Shown here: positions 45,427 to 61,680 of the stretch, piece after piece
Layout of the letters: each line of letters starts with the position of its first letter
Position numbering within the stretch: position 1 is the first letter of the stretch
Assembly (NCBI RefSeq): GCF_009914755.1
Contig: NC_060925.1
DNA length: 64,000 nt
Source: the human T2T-CHM13v2.0 reference genome, Homo sapiens
Direction: 5' to 3' (one strand)
Notes under the pieces: generated by a model
Told to the model about the DNA's origin: nothing
Databases searched by the model: none
Seen by the model: only the letters and a program-made list of their open reading frames with translations
Program-made: the position numbers and the translations under genes

Positions 45427-45540
45427 GCTGGGTGTAATGGCTCACACCTGTAATTGCAGCCATACAGGCTGAGGCAGAGAATGGCTCCACCAATAATTCA
45501 AAACCAGCCTGGGCAACATAGAGAGATCTCATTTCTAAAA
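45427..45540 (+). mobile_element. Degenerate FLAM/AluJ fragment
   Basis: gctgggtgtaatggctcacacctgtaat ... ccagcctgggcaacatagagaga. Confidence 0.7.
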
Positions 45541-45694
45541 TCAACCCCCCGCCACCTCTCCAAAACCCAAAGTTTATCTGAGCAAGTGTGGGTTAGACTC
45601 TATTCTGCTACTAAACACAAAGATTCTCAGCACACTCTAGCTTTTTCCATATTGTGTTTTCTTTATCCAAAGATAATCACTTGTAAAGACGATT

Positions 45695-45726
<32 letters not shown>

Positions 45727-45750
45727 CCCAGCATAGTAAAAACCAAATAA

Positions 45751-46107
<357 letters not shown>

Positions 46108-46339
46108 TTATTGCTATCCTGCTTTTAAAATTTACCGTTGTTTTTCTAAGTATCAATCTGTATCATGTAAGAAGTGCTGAATTGCTTCCCTTTTTCCTTC
46201 CACAGTTAAGTGAGTATTTGTTTTGCTTTAGTCTGTAGGTTTGCTGTATGGGCCCATGTAAGTATATTGGCAACTTTTCTTTAAAAGCCATTGTAGTGTG
46301 ATTGGTCCTTGAGAAAGGTTCAAAGTAGTATAAAATTAC

Positions 46340-46617
46340 TTTTTTAAAAAATTATTTTTTCGAGACGGACTCTCACTCTGCTGCTGAGGCTCACCGCAAC
46401 CTCTGACTTCCTGGTGCAAGCTATTCTCCTGCCTCAGCCACCTGAGTAGCTGGGATTACAGGCGCCTGACACCACGCCTGGCTAATTTTTGTATTTTTAG
46501 TAGAAACGGGGTTTCACCATGTTGGCCAGGCTGGTCTTGAACCCCAACCTCAGGTGATCCACCCGCCTTGGCCTCCCAAAGTGCTGGGATTACAGGCTTG
46601 AGTCACCAAGCTCGGCC
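46340..46617 (-). mobile_element. AluS with internal deletion
   Basis: Reverse Alu lacking the ggagtgcagtggcgcgatctc segment; TSD TAAAATTAC. Confidence 0.9.
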
Positions 46618-47039
46618 TAAAATTACCTGTTAAATAAGTAAGTATATATTTCTCAGAGCTTAGATTATAAGCTCTCCAAGGACAATTAGAAGAACATGTT
46701 TACACATTTTGTATTATAGTATCTAGTATAGTAATATTCCAATTAGAAAGATAAATCATTTAATAAACTAAGGAATTTATTGATGAATGCATTGAACATG
46801 TGACCTTGTTCTTGTGTGTGTGCGTGTGTCCTGTGCTTGTGTGTGTGCACACATGCACATCCCCCCATGCTTTTGGTTTCCTTTCCCTCTTCTGAGGGAA
46901 ATGGGATTTGTTATTGACATAACTCCATTCCTTCATTCTTTGATTTGCTTGTTTATTCACTCAGTATTTATTTCAGGCAGTCAGTTGTTTAGCAAGAAGA
47001 TGATGGTATTTTCAAAGTGCTGAAAGAAAATATCCTGTA

Positions 47040-48880
<1,841 letters not shown>

Positions 48881-50144
48881 CTCCAAATCATATGAAAAGG
48901 CATAAAGTGTGATTTAGTTTAAATCTCTCCAATACCAATCTGGCTACCATATTGTCTCTTTGGACCAGGGACATAGGTCAAGGACTATAGTCACCATGGA
49001 ACACAGGACTAGACCCCTTTTGCACCATGGCACCTGAAGGCTGGATTGGTGCTTCAATTCTCAGTCCAAGAGCACTGAGAGGCATTTGTTTATTACTTCC
49101 CCTAGGATGGCACTGTACCAAGGTAATTAAGGAAGTTTATCGTGAACATGCTGGGATAAGTTGGAAAGGAAACATGAATGATGGAGATGGTGTAACAAAA
49201 TGGTTTTGACAACTTTGAATCTGAATACTTATCCTAATTTAATCCTCATGGTGCAATGTGTGAGTCTAACTCAGGCCATTTCCCTGATACAGATCCTGTT
49301 TTGATTCTGGCCATGTCTAGCTTCTTTCAGGTTGTGAAGCGGATAAGGTAAAGATTGTTAAGTGATTTCTACTTCTCTAGGAATTTCTTCTAAGATTAGG
49401 CACATTATTTTTGATTGAGCCAGGAAGCAATAGAAAAATGAGGAGCAGATGTTGATTGTTGATTACCAGTTAGTTTCATTTTCCATCAGCTGACAACCTT
49501 CACTCACTTTCACTCAGGCTATATTTACCATAAAGCTAATACATTCGGTTAAAAAAATGTAGCAATGTGAAGTGGGCTACAACATCTGGAGTTTAAGTAA
49601 ATTGGCCAGATGTTTTGGTGGTTTATAAATAAAAGCCAAAAAAGAAAAGAGAAAAAGGAAACAAGGGGTAGGAGAGTGAGCTGGACTTATGATGTAGCTA
49701 CCCACTCATACCCTGCACCTCCTCAGAGTCTGCAGGAGATGAAGCTATGTGAATCACGATTGAGGAGGTGGAATTAAAGGGATAATAAATTTTGGAACTT
49801 GGCCCTGAACAAAGAGAAGCGACCTTCGTTGTCGTAGTGTGGAGAAATGGATGGTTGCCTCAGACTTTTTTTGTATCTAGAAATTATTTCTCAATGGCTC
49901 ATAATTTTTGAATTATATTTACATGGCTTCTCATATCCAAGCCAAGATATCAGTTCACTGAGAGGGCTTTGCCAAATTGGAAATAGATTTGTTTTCCATG
50001 TTGGAATTACTGATGAAAACTGCAGGCATAAGTTCTTTTCCCTTCCTTTTTTTTTTTGTAAATGTGAAATACATCTTGCTTTGTTCTATTTATTTCTTTC
50101 TCAGTACAATACACTTCATCGAATAATTCTCAAACAGTTTTGAA

Positions 50145-50331
50145 AAGAGCTCAGGTTTGAGAATAAGATTTGTGCTCAAATTCAAACTTTGTACTTTTTA
50201 GCTTTCTAACTTGGTCAATGTAACCTCTTAGAACTTCAGTTTCTACCTCTGTAAGATGGGAACAATAATTATTATATCCTAAAGCTATTTTGTGAAATAA
50301 ATGACTTAATAAAATGTAAAACACATAGCAC
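50145..50331 (+). mobile_element. MIR
   Basis: aacctcttagaacttcagtttctacctctgtaagatgggaacaataat ... tgtaaaacacatagcac. Confidence 0.75.
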
Positions 50332-52656
50332 TTTTTCAAGTCAAACCATATGAAACTGCCCGCTTGTAGCTCTTCTAGATTCTCTGTTTAGGTAGATTTA
50401 CTCCATCCTTCATTTGTGATTCGGAGATGGGCAAATCAGCTGGGTGTAACTACCTCTTGGCCTAGACCTAAACAAAAAAAGTTTTTTGTTGTTGTTAATG
50501 TTTTTTTAAAGACTATCTGCTATCACCAATTTAAGCCCAGAGAAATAGGAACAGAATGGAAAATTATTCTGCACAACTATATGTGAGTTAATGTGATACA
50601 CTGAAATAGAAAATATTCAACATGTATTTTCATTTATTCTTCCAACAAATATTCAATGAATGGCCTATTATAGATGGAAATGGTTCTAGGTGTTGGGGAC
50701 ACAGAGTTTACATTCTATTTGGGGAAATGGATAATAAGAATAATAATTAAGTAAACTATATAGAAGTTAAAAGGAGATTCAGTCTATAAAATAGCACCAG
50801 GAAGGCACGAGGAGAACTGAATGGATGAATATTAAATATGTTATTAACTTGCAAATATTTCTGAGCTTTATGAAGGAGGTTACATCAATGAGACAATAGC
50901 AATGAGAATAATAAAGATTCAATATAAAATCCTGGCAGGATTTTATATTGAAGGATTTTATATCCCTTTTAGGTGGGGAGCTTTACTTGGTTGTTGTGAA
51001 TCTTAAACCATGCTGGATAAGCTGCTCTTTGGACTAAGATATGACCCTTCTTCAGAAAAGAAATGGAATTGACTATAATATGGAAGTAAAATTAACAGAA
51101 GAATTCCCATCCAGAGCTATATTTTGAACAATATTCTTTCCCAGGGAAACCAGTGCTGTGAGGGGCTTGCTCTAATAGTCTTACATTTCCAGACATCATG
51201 GTCTAATTCTGAGTTCTATGTGTTCTGAAATGATTGCCCTATAAAATGCTATAGAGAGAAAACCTATTTCTGATATTAGTTAAGTCTTTGTAGAAATGTT
51301 TCAAGTTTCTCTTTGATATTAGTGGGAACAGAAATTAATACAATGAAACGGTCTATCAAAATACCAGAATAGGTTGTTCGAGAGTAGCAGTTGCTAAAGA
51401 AATTTGAAGTGTGTAGAAAAAAAGGAACTATATGAATCAAAGTAAGTTTTTTTATTACTAGGTATTTCAGTATTTATCCTCAGCAAATGACCTTGTTTCC
51501 TACTTCATATAGGAAATAAGGGAAGAATGAAAGCATGGAATACTTCAGTTCCTACCTCCAAGTCTCTTGCCCCCAAATGTAACCATATTCATAAAAAATG
51601 TGCCTATATTCATCATTCATTTCATTCCTACTTTTTCCCTCACATTTGAATATATACTCTCCCTTTCTTTCAAAATGAATGGCTTAGTCCAAATGGCAGG
51701 TCATCCACCGCAGGCTGGTATACACACCCACAAAATAAAAACCCCAACCTGAGGGCTACCCTGCCAAGATTTCACATTGAGTCTTTATTATTCTTGTTAC
51801 TACTTTCTGATTGATATAACGTCTTTTGTAAAGCTCAGGAATACTTGCAAGTTACCAATATATTTAACATTCAGCTCACCCAATGCCTTAACTGTGCTGT
51901 TTTTATAGACTTACCACCTGGATTCTGTGCTTTTCAACTACTCAGGAATTATTTCTTCCAATCTTTTATCCGTTTCCCTTTTCTCTCCTCTTTCCTTTCT
52001 CCTCTCTTTTTCTGCCTTTTCACTTTCTACTATTGAATTTTTTTTTTCTGCATACGAACATGCTTTAGTCTTCCCCCGCTTAAAAGCAATCAAAAAAGAA
52101 CAAAATACCATCATCAATAACAGTAACAACTCTCGCAGCTTAACATCTGCCGCCGGGTACTCCCCTCTTTTCAATCCTTTCTCCTCAAGCTCAGCGGGTA
52201 GGTCTTTGGTGCTGTCTCCACTATCTCAATGCCCTGTCCATTCTCAGCACAACACAATCTGACATCTGGCTGTTGCTCTTTTATTATTGAGACTTTTTTC
52301 AATCAGCTCAGTGATGACCTCCTAGCTATGAAAGGCAAGGATATTCTTGAGTACTTACATTAGCTGGCCTTTAGTAACATGAGACAGGTGACCTCATCCT
52401 GCAGCAATTAGATGCGTATTTTCTGCCCGTGTACGGGAAGTGCAAGGATACATAGGAACGTCCATGTGGTTTCCCTTTAAAAGTATGACTTCCCTTGGCT
52501 TCTGAGAGACCACTCACTCTTGATTTTTTTTTCTACCTCCCAGACTTCCCTATCTCACCATCTTTGCTGGTTTCTCTCTTACCTTCCTATAAAGGTTAGT
52601 TTTTTCCTAGAATTCCATAATTAACTCTTGTTTTCATTCCATTTCCTCCCTGCAGT

Positions 52657-52830
52657 CATGCCCTGTTTCATTGGCATGAAATCAGCACAATTGCAAAGGC
52701 CCCATGTTTCGAAGGTCCCCAGCCTTAAACTGATGTTCTGCTTTCCCATTTTGAAATGTCTAATTTTTGGACAAGGACTCCAGGCCTTTTCATTGTTCAC
52801 TGGACTTCACAAATTATGTAGCCTGTCCAG
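52657..52830 (+). mobile_element. MER45A-like hAT-Tip100 element
   Basis: ttttcattgttcactggacttcacaaattatgtagcctgtccag end matches recalled MER45A consensus. Confidence 0.7.
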
Positions 52831-53318
52831 CCCCAGGTGGTCTCGTCTACAACTAAGAATTCCATTATCACCTGTGACTGATTAACTTCCTAGGTGCTAC
52901 ACCTGGTATGGAATAAGAACCTTTTCCTCCGAGAAACATATCCAAAAAAGTCTAACTTCTTGTCGACCCTGGTACACAGGGTTTTATTTATTCTGGGCTT
53001 CTGATTTTCTACCCCAAATGTCTTTACTCTTTTTTCTTCAGGTAAAGTCACAATTTTCCTCAGGAAGCAGTCCTGGGTCCGCTTCAGCAAATGAATAAGA
53101 GCTTGATTGTGTCCCTCAGGTGCTACAGTGTAAAGCAAGGCTCAGATGACGTTGGCTTGGAAAAGGTTCAAAATAAGTTGTACTAATCTGTCCCCACCAG
53201 GGCTATGGGAAAATCTTTAAATTGCATCTGTGAAATGTCTGTTGAGCAAAATGGCTTCCTTGTGAATCCATCAGCATGGATTAGCTGCAAAATATGCCAT
53301 GGAACCAAAAACGACTGT

Positions 53319-53640
53319 GATGGTTACCAGAGACTGGGAAGGGTAGTGGGGGTGGGCGGGTGGTTAATGAGTACAAAAAAAATTAGAAAGAATGAATAAG
53401 CTCTAGTACTTGATAGCACAACAGGGTGACCACAGTCAACAATAATTTATTGTACATTTAAAAATAACTAACAGTATAATTGGATTGTTTGTAATGAAAG
53501 AAAGGATAAGTGCTTGAGGTGATGGACACCCCATTTACCCTGATGTGATTATTACACCTTGTATGCCTATATCAGAATAGCTCATGTACCCTATACATAT
53601 ATACACCTACTATGTACCCACAAAAATTAAAGAATAAAAT
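53319..53640 (+). mobile_element. L1MA (1-3-like) 3' end
   Basis: gatggttaccagagactgggaaggg ... gatagcacaacagggtgac ... tatgtacccacaaaaattaaa. Confidence 0.85.
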
Positions 53641-54040
53641 GAATGACCTTCTCAAAATCTCTCCCAAATAATAAATGATCTTTTCACAGAATGGTTATTT
53701 CCAAGCCATCTTTATGACAACGTGACTTACCAGAATCTAATGTCTTTCAAAATAGCTTCTGCCTAACCTGAGCATAGAGGATACTGCTCCATCTCTCCAT
53801 GGCAGAGGCATGTGTCTAGTTCATCTGAGGGTGATTTTCTGTTATTAAAAAGGACGTGAAGTGGAAGGAGCAGGGCACAGCCTTGTCTTATGCCACCGAT
53901 GATGATAAGCTTGTTCTTGCCTGTCCCAACTTTTGAAATGGTATTAAGATTCAGAATGTGGATTACCATGAAAAAATTATACCCCTTTCTTGGTATCAGA
54001 GCCAAAGAGCAATAACAAATCATTAAAAATTACATCACCA

Positions 54041-54300
<260 letters not shown>

Positions 54301-54565
54301 CTAAAAAGTCATAAAAATGTAATAACCAATGGTAGAGCAGTTATTCTCAAAACCCATTGTTTCTCAAATAAAATATTGCCAATAGTTAAAAAAATAACAA
54401 TTTGAAGAAATATCAGGCAAAAGTAATGGGTCTGCAGTGTTGAGGAAAGTTTACATTAGTGAACGGCAGTTAACTGCTCTTATCTTTTTGTCCCTGAAAT
54501 GTTATCCCAGAAATGAGCTCTTCGTCTCCAACTCAAATTCCATTTTTCATTATAAGAAGTCTGAG

Positions 54566-54886
<321 letters not shown>

Positions 54887-55864
54887 CTAAAGAAAGAAAG
54901 GAGAAAAAAAAGACAAAAACAACTTCCTGAGCCTTTCTTCATGGTGTGTCTTCCAGGTCTGGCCCTTGCCCTGACTCTAGCTATATCTTCTATCACTTTC
55001 CTGCTCTAATCCTTGCTCCAAAACCGTTATGTTACTGGTGTTAATCACCCTCATGTTTGGTGTCCCTGGCCTCTGTTAGGTCTTGGAGGTAACTTAAGGG
55101 AAATTTAAAGGAACTTAAGTTTTATTTTCTTGCAGAGCTAGATAACCACAAAAGAGCAGACAGCCGAGCCCAGCTGAAGACAGGCGCCTTTCCCAGAGTT
55201 TACAGATGGCACTCCTGTCCACACGGTCCTATTATCTCCAGTTCCATCCTATTCCATATTCTTCCTGTCAACAACACATCTCACACCCAATTAGAGAGTT
55301 GGCGCCATTATCAAGAGAGGAAGAAGATGGAGTCTTTGGTATTCATTTCCAGAGCTCCCTCTGGTACTCACACTGCGCTCTCCGGGGCCTTTGGCATCTA
55401 GAGATGCAGAACATGCCTCATCAGGCTCTCCTGACCCCCAGGAGCCAAGTATGCTCCTTAAGTTTGTGCCTATCCTTCCCAACATGAACTATCCATACAT
55501 CAAAATAAAAGCATGTGCCCAGGCTACCTAAATCCCACTCAGCATGTAGTGGGAAAGGAGCTACTGTCTAGCTGTACCTTAATCATATATGAAGCCAAGA
55601 GGACAGGCCAAGTTCCTCCAGAGAGTTCTGTTTAGATAAGGAAAGCTCATGATGTGAAAGAAGTTATTTCTCCATCATGGACACTCTTTACTGTCTTTTA
55701 AGAAAAAAAAATGTGACATTCTGGCATTATTTATTATAAACGTTTACACTCAGAAACTATTAATATAAATGAGCAGAGGAGGCTTTGACCAGGACTGGTT
55801 TTAAAATTGGCTGCCCCGCAAGCTGGACACCCAATGTAGTACAGCTTCCTCTCATTGTGGGGTG

Positions 55865-56014
55865 TTTTTTTTTTTTTTTGGAACAGGGTCTAGGCTAGAA
55901 TGCAGTGGTGTGATCGTAGCTCACTGCAACCTCAAACTCCTGAGCTCAAGCAATCCTCCTCCCTTGGCCTCTCAAAGTGCTGGGATTATAGGCTTGAGCC
56001 ACTGTGCCTTGCCG
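55865..56014 (-). mobile_element. FLAM / Alu monomer
   Basis: Poly-T followed by a single reverse arm. Confidence 0.8.
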
Positions 56015-56313
56015 GCACTGTGTTTTTGTGCCAGGCCTTGTCACACTCAACAGTTCCTCAAATGAGCCACACTCTTTTACACTCCTAGGTCTCCAAATTT
56101 GTGATGCCCTCTACATCAAATGCTCTTTTCCATCTGGTCAAATCTTATATTCCTTAAGGACTTGATTCCTTTGGGAAGCCTCCTCCAATGCCCTGGTTTG
56201 AGACAGACACCCCTGGTCTTTTTTCCTGTCATACCCAGTGAGCAGCTGCCTCAGTCCCTCTTCTCAGGCAGGTCATTTTCCCTGTGCCCGAACAGTCTGG
56301 CATATGGGACTCA

Positions 56314-56505
56314 AAGGGAGAGGAGTGGGGAGAGAGAGAGAGAAAAGAAAAGAAAAACAGAAAGGGAAAAAGGAAGGGAGAGAGAAAAAAGGAAAAAAGG
56401 AAGGAAGGAAAGAGGGAGGGAAGGAAGGAAGGGAGGGAGGGAGGGAAAAAATGGAAGGAAAGCAGAAAATTGTAAAGAAAGAGAGAGAGAAAAGACAGAA
56501 GGGAG
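56314..56505 (+). repeat. GA-rich polypurine low-complexity tract
   Basis: GAGA/GAAA/GGAA/GGGA runs. Confidence 0.93.
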
Positions 56506-57571
56506 TGCTGAACACTCTGACATGTTGTCTCTAAATAGGTTTAATTTGGCAGTTGAATTCTAAAGAAGGTAATAATTTCCTGCTATGTCTCCCATAATGG
56601 TAACACCACCAGGGGAACAGCCAGTAAGGATTGTTAATGCTTGCACGCATCTAGCAGATCAGTTTTTTTCACCCATGGTTCATTGAGATAAGCAAAAATA
56701 GTCCCTGATTCAAGCCTTATTACTTTCTCTATAAAAAATGACCCCTCATTAAGATCACAACATAATTTTAACTCAACACTAATTGTTATCTTTAACTAAC
56801 AGTGCTTGAAGAAATACGCAATTTGAAATTAGATCCAAGCAAGGTAAGTATTGTCTTGATTTTCAAGATGGAGGAAAGGCAGAACATTTCACCCTGATAG
56901 GGATCACTGTTGGCTTCTACTCCTCCAGGGCTGCTCAGCTCTACTTGCAGAATTGACCGCCTCTGCTCCCAAGAGCACCTGCCATTGCTCACCCATCTAC
57001 CAGGACATCAGGATTGACTGGGTGGAGACCACGAACCTGGGACCTTAGCATCTTGGGTACAAAGCAGGAGCTAGGGCACGTGTTGCATCGTTACCCAGAC
57101 TTCTGACTTGTTGACCCTGTTTACCTGGTTTCTGCCTTTGGTCTTTTGATTAGTAACTCCAGTTTTCTGGTGCAACTGGAATCCCACTCTACCCTAGAAT
57201 CTGTTTGTTTGAGATTCTGATAGTTTTCCTAACACTCTTGCCAGCTCGACCTCTCCAGCAGCTTACTTTAGTTTCCTGAACCGACAGCCTCTGGCTAAGG
57301 TCCTGCATTCAGTGGACCGCTCACTCAGAACCCTGGGAATGCTGCCTGCCTGAGATGAGAAACCACGCTCTCCTGGCTTGTGTTGCTCTGATTAACCCTT
57401 TAACTTGAGCTGCCTTAAATGTGGGTGCCAGCTCAAAGCAAGCCCCAATTTTCCCATGCCTTTTTCGGTACTATATATTAGACTGGCTGCCTATCATCTG
57501 TCAAATCAGAGGCCAGTCCTACAGCTATACCCCGATTCTATCTGCTTTAGCGCCCCTACCTACTCAGGCCT

Positions 57572-58104
57572 TTGAAGTTTCATGCAGGCCCGGCTGCTTA
57601 CCACTTGCAAATTCAGATAACAAGCACAACGGTGGTAGAAAGAGAGTGACTTTTATTCAGAGCTTAGCTGAGGGGAAACAGTACAGGCTCCTGCCTTAAG
57701 GAAATGGCTCGAGCTTTTGGAGAAGAAAGCAGAGGCTTTGAAAAGGGACTTAGCCTGAATGGAACACAGGGGACAGGGTGAGGGGGTGTGGGGGTCTGCA
57801 TGACTTACTTTGATGTCTTATCCATCCAGTGGTCTGGCTGGCATCATCATGGGCAGGGTTGAGTTGTAAATTCAATGTTGTTTCGAGGGAATCTCCTGGT
57901 GGGTGAGAGTTCCACAGGTGCCTGGTGTGTTTCAAGGTTCAGTTGTCCCTGGAACTTCTAAGCAAACACATAGTTAGGTAAGAGTGTCTGCTGGAGAGAT
58001 GGTAAAGGTTATAATTACATTTCTGAAGAGCTAAGTAGGCGGTCTTCAGGGGAAAAGGAAAAAATAATTCATTTTTTTTAAAGAAAATGGGGTTCTTGGT
58101 TACA
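57572..58104 (-). mobile_element. ERV1-class solo LTR (MER67-like)
   Basis: Minus strand begins TGTAACCAAGAACCCCATTTTC; AATAAA on minus strand near 57652-57657; left boundary approximate. Confidence 0.65.
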
Positions 58105-59091
58105 GCCCTGAAGCCAAGCTTGCTCAAACTATGAAAATATATTGGAAAATGACACAACAGGTTATTAGGCAGATGGTTTGTCAACATTTATAAAATTATT
58201 GATGACAGCTCAGATTTACTAAGAATGTATCATGCCAACTTAAGCCCCTCTTGGTGTTTTTATGGATAAAATGGTGACACATAAGCCACATGAGTTCTCT
58301 TAGGTAGAGTCACAGCTGGCTGAATATTCAACAGTCATCTCCAGAAAGCATTGGTTGATGGCTCAGGGTCAACATGGAAGAAGTTCTTAGTGATGATCAT
58401 GATGCTTAACCCAGGCCTGCTAACCACGGTAGCCACAACCTGGGTAGGAGTCTGATACTTTATATGCTCTGATATGGTAAGATATTAATACCATGAGATA
58501 TAGGATGTACGGAGCTTAGGAGGATAGAGTACACTGTCTTCACCATAGTGATGTCCCCCTTTGGTTCAGAAATGTGACCCAGAAGAGTAAAGAGTTTAGA
58601 AAGTTTCTGTGTGGTTAAAAAATGAAGTAAAATAAAGTTAATTGAATAAGGACTGTAGGCAGTAGGCCTTCAAGAACTAGAGACAATAACTGAGGACTCA
58701 GTAAGATCTTAGGGCATTTGTAATTGCATCTTATGACATTTTTAAATGTAAACTGTTTCTCTAAATATTTAGCACTAAAACACTCAATATGAAATACATT
58801 AAAATCTTGATGCAGTACCCGCTAATGTGAGTGCAGGATAAATGCATAAATGTGCAAAATGCCCTACTGAGATTTCCATTCACCCCACCCTCACCCCTGA
58901 TTTTCACTCCAAAGACTCCAGGTTCCCATTGGCACCACCTGCCCATAAGAGCCTTCCCCAGCGTGCTTACTGCATTTAACACAATCCTGCACTGAAAGGC
59001 ACCTGCAGGCAAAGCTTTGCCTCTTGGCCTTGCCAGTTAGTTCTGGAGCCCACCAGACACTCTTGGTTTACATTCTGTTAAAGGCAGACTA

Positions 59092-59397
59092 GGATCATAT
59101 GGCAGTTCTCTTTGTGATTTTTTGAGGAACCCACATACTGTTCCAGAATGGCTGTACCAATTTACATTCCCACCAACAGTGTGCAAGGTTCCCATGTGCC
59201 CACACCCTCACCAACACTTCTTCTCTCTTATCTTTTTGATAATAGCCATCCCAACAGATGTGAGGTGATATCTCATTGTGGTTTATATTTGCATTTTCCT
59301 GATGATTAGTGAAGCTGAGCAGCTTTTCATGCACCTGTCGGCCGTGAGTATGTTTTCTTTAGAGAAATGTCTATTAAAGTCCTTTGCCCATTTTTAA
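59092..59397 (-). mobile_element. L1MA inverted 5' segment (ORF2 C-terminal region)
   Basis: Reverse L1: tgtaccaatttacattcccaccaacagtgt, gatatctcattgtggttt, gagaaatgtctatt. Confidence 0.88.
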
Positions 59398-60085
59398 ATC
59401 CAGCAATCCCACTTCTGGGTATGTATCTGAAGGAAATGAAATCAGTATCTTGAAGAGATATCTATACTCCCATGTTTATTGAAACATTATTCACAATAGC
59501 AAAGACATGCTAACAACCTGAGTGTCTGTTGATGAATGAATGGATAAAGAAATTTTTGGTGTGTGTATATAAAGGAATATTATTCAGCCATAAAAAGGAA
59601 ATCCTGCCATTTGCCACAACATGAATGAAGCTGGAGCGCATTATACTAAGTAAAATAAGCCAGACACAGAAAGACAAACGCCACACGATCTCATTTGTGT
59701 GTGAAATATTTAAAAATTCAATTAACAGAAGCAAGAGTAAAATTAGAATGCTAGTTGCTGGGTGGGTGGGATAAGATATTGGTCAAAGGGTACAAACTTT
59801 CAGTTGTGATTAATAAATTCTAGGGATCTAGTGTATTAATTAATAAATTCTGGGGAGCTAATGGGTGATTACAGGACCATAGTTAACAGTTCTTTATTGC
59901 ATATTGTAAATTTGTTAAGAGAGCAGACCTTAAGTTTTCTCATCTCCAAACAAAACAAAAACTGTGTGAGGTGATGGATAGGTTAATTAGTTGGTTTGTG
60001 GTAATCATTTTACAATGTATACACATATCAAAACATCACGTTGTACACAGTTAATATATCTAATACTTATCTGCCCATTAAAAGC
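59398..60085 (+). mobile_element. L1MA (8/9-like) 3' segment
   Basis: atccagcaatcccacttctggg ... ggaaatcctgccatttgccacaacatg ... tatcaaaacatcacgttgtacac. Confidence 0.88.
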
Positions 60086-60747
60086 AAAACCAAAAGATCT
60101 TTTTTTAAAAAGTTCAGAGCTTACTGTCCACACCCCTCAATCAAAACTTCCTCAGAACATGGAGTCACCAGCTAGCTTCCTTTCTGCAGACCAGACTCAA
60201 CTGGGACACAGGCGGCCTCTCAAACCTCTGCCCTCTCCACCTCCCATGTCAGTGTTCAGTGTCAAGTTCTAGTAGGACTTTACGGTTTAGTTTTCTGTTA
60301 ACACGGGTTGTTTGAAGAGGACGAACCCTTTCCTCTGAACACTTTGAAACACATTTGAACAAACAGAACAGCCTTCAAACAAAGTTTGAGACCAATCTCC
60401 TCACACCTTGGAAAAGCTCCTCGGCCTTTTGGTGATTCATTCCGCCCACTGTAAAGTGGGAAGTTTATAATAAACAGCACCTGCCTCAGAGGTCCCTGGA
60501 AGCCTTGCTGGCTGTGGGATGGTTTCTGTTGCCACAGCATGTGTGTACCTCTGAGTAGACCTGCAAATATGAGTCACCCTGGTACGTGCCCTCATAAAAT
60601 TATACACAAAGCATGCCTTCCTAGCTTGGCAATTAACTAATTAATTGATGGCCAGGGTATACAATGGAGTGTACAGTCTAAACCGCATTCATTACTGCTT
60701 ATAGAATTCCATGAAAGCCTAGGGAAGAAGGTGCCACAGAAGTGTAG

Positions 60748-61165
<418 letters not shown>

Positions 61166-61434
61166 TCATTTAGGCGTTTTAAAGGAAGTGGCTTCATATC
61201 TCTGTTAATTTAATCCAGTATGTGAAATCATTACAATACTAAAGACTCTTTGAAACAGGCGTGGGATAACCAGAAGCTAGAAGTGCATTAATAAGTCAGC
61301 AATATGGTAATAGCACCCACGGTTGTACAGATGAGGATAGATTTAAACAAAGGCCACGCAACTCAGGTTCAATTCAGCATTGTCCTTCCAAAGTCTTCAC
61401 TCTGGAAGGCCTTGCTATCCTTCCATTTTGTATT

Positions 61435-61680
61435 TTATTGTTTATTTTTATTTTTATTGACACATTTTAATTGTACATATTTATGGGGTACAACGTGATG
61501 TTTCCATACATATATATATGTTAAATAATGATCAAATATCCATCACCTCATGCATTTATCATTTATTCGTAGTAAGAACATTCAAAAGCCTCTCTTCTAG
61601 CTCTTTTGTAACCCACGGCTTCCTACTGTACAATAATAGATCACCAGAACTTATGCCTCCTTTCTAATGGTAACTTTGTA
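61435..61680 (-). mobile_element. L1MA 3' end fragment
   Basis: attgtacatatttatggggtaca ... gaacattcaaaa ... taactttgta. Confidence 0.8.
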
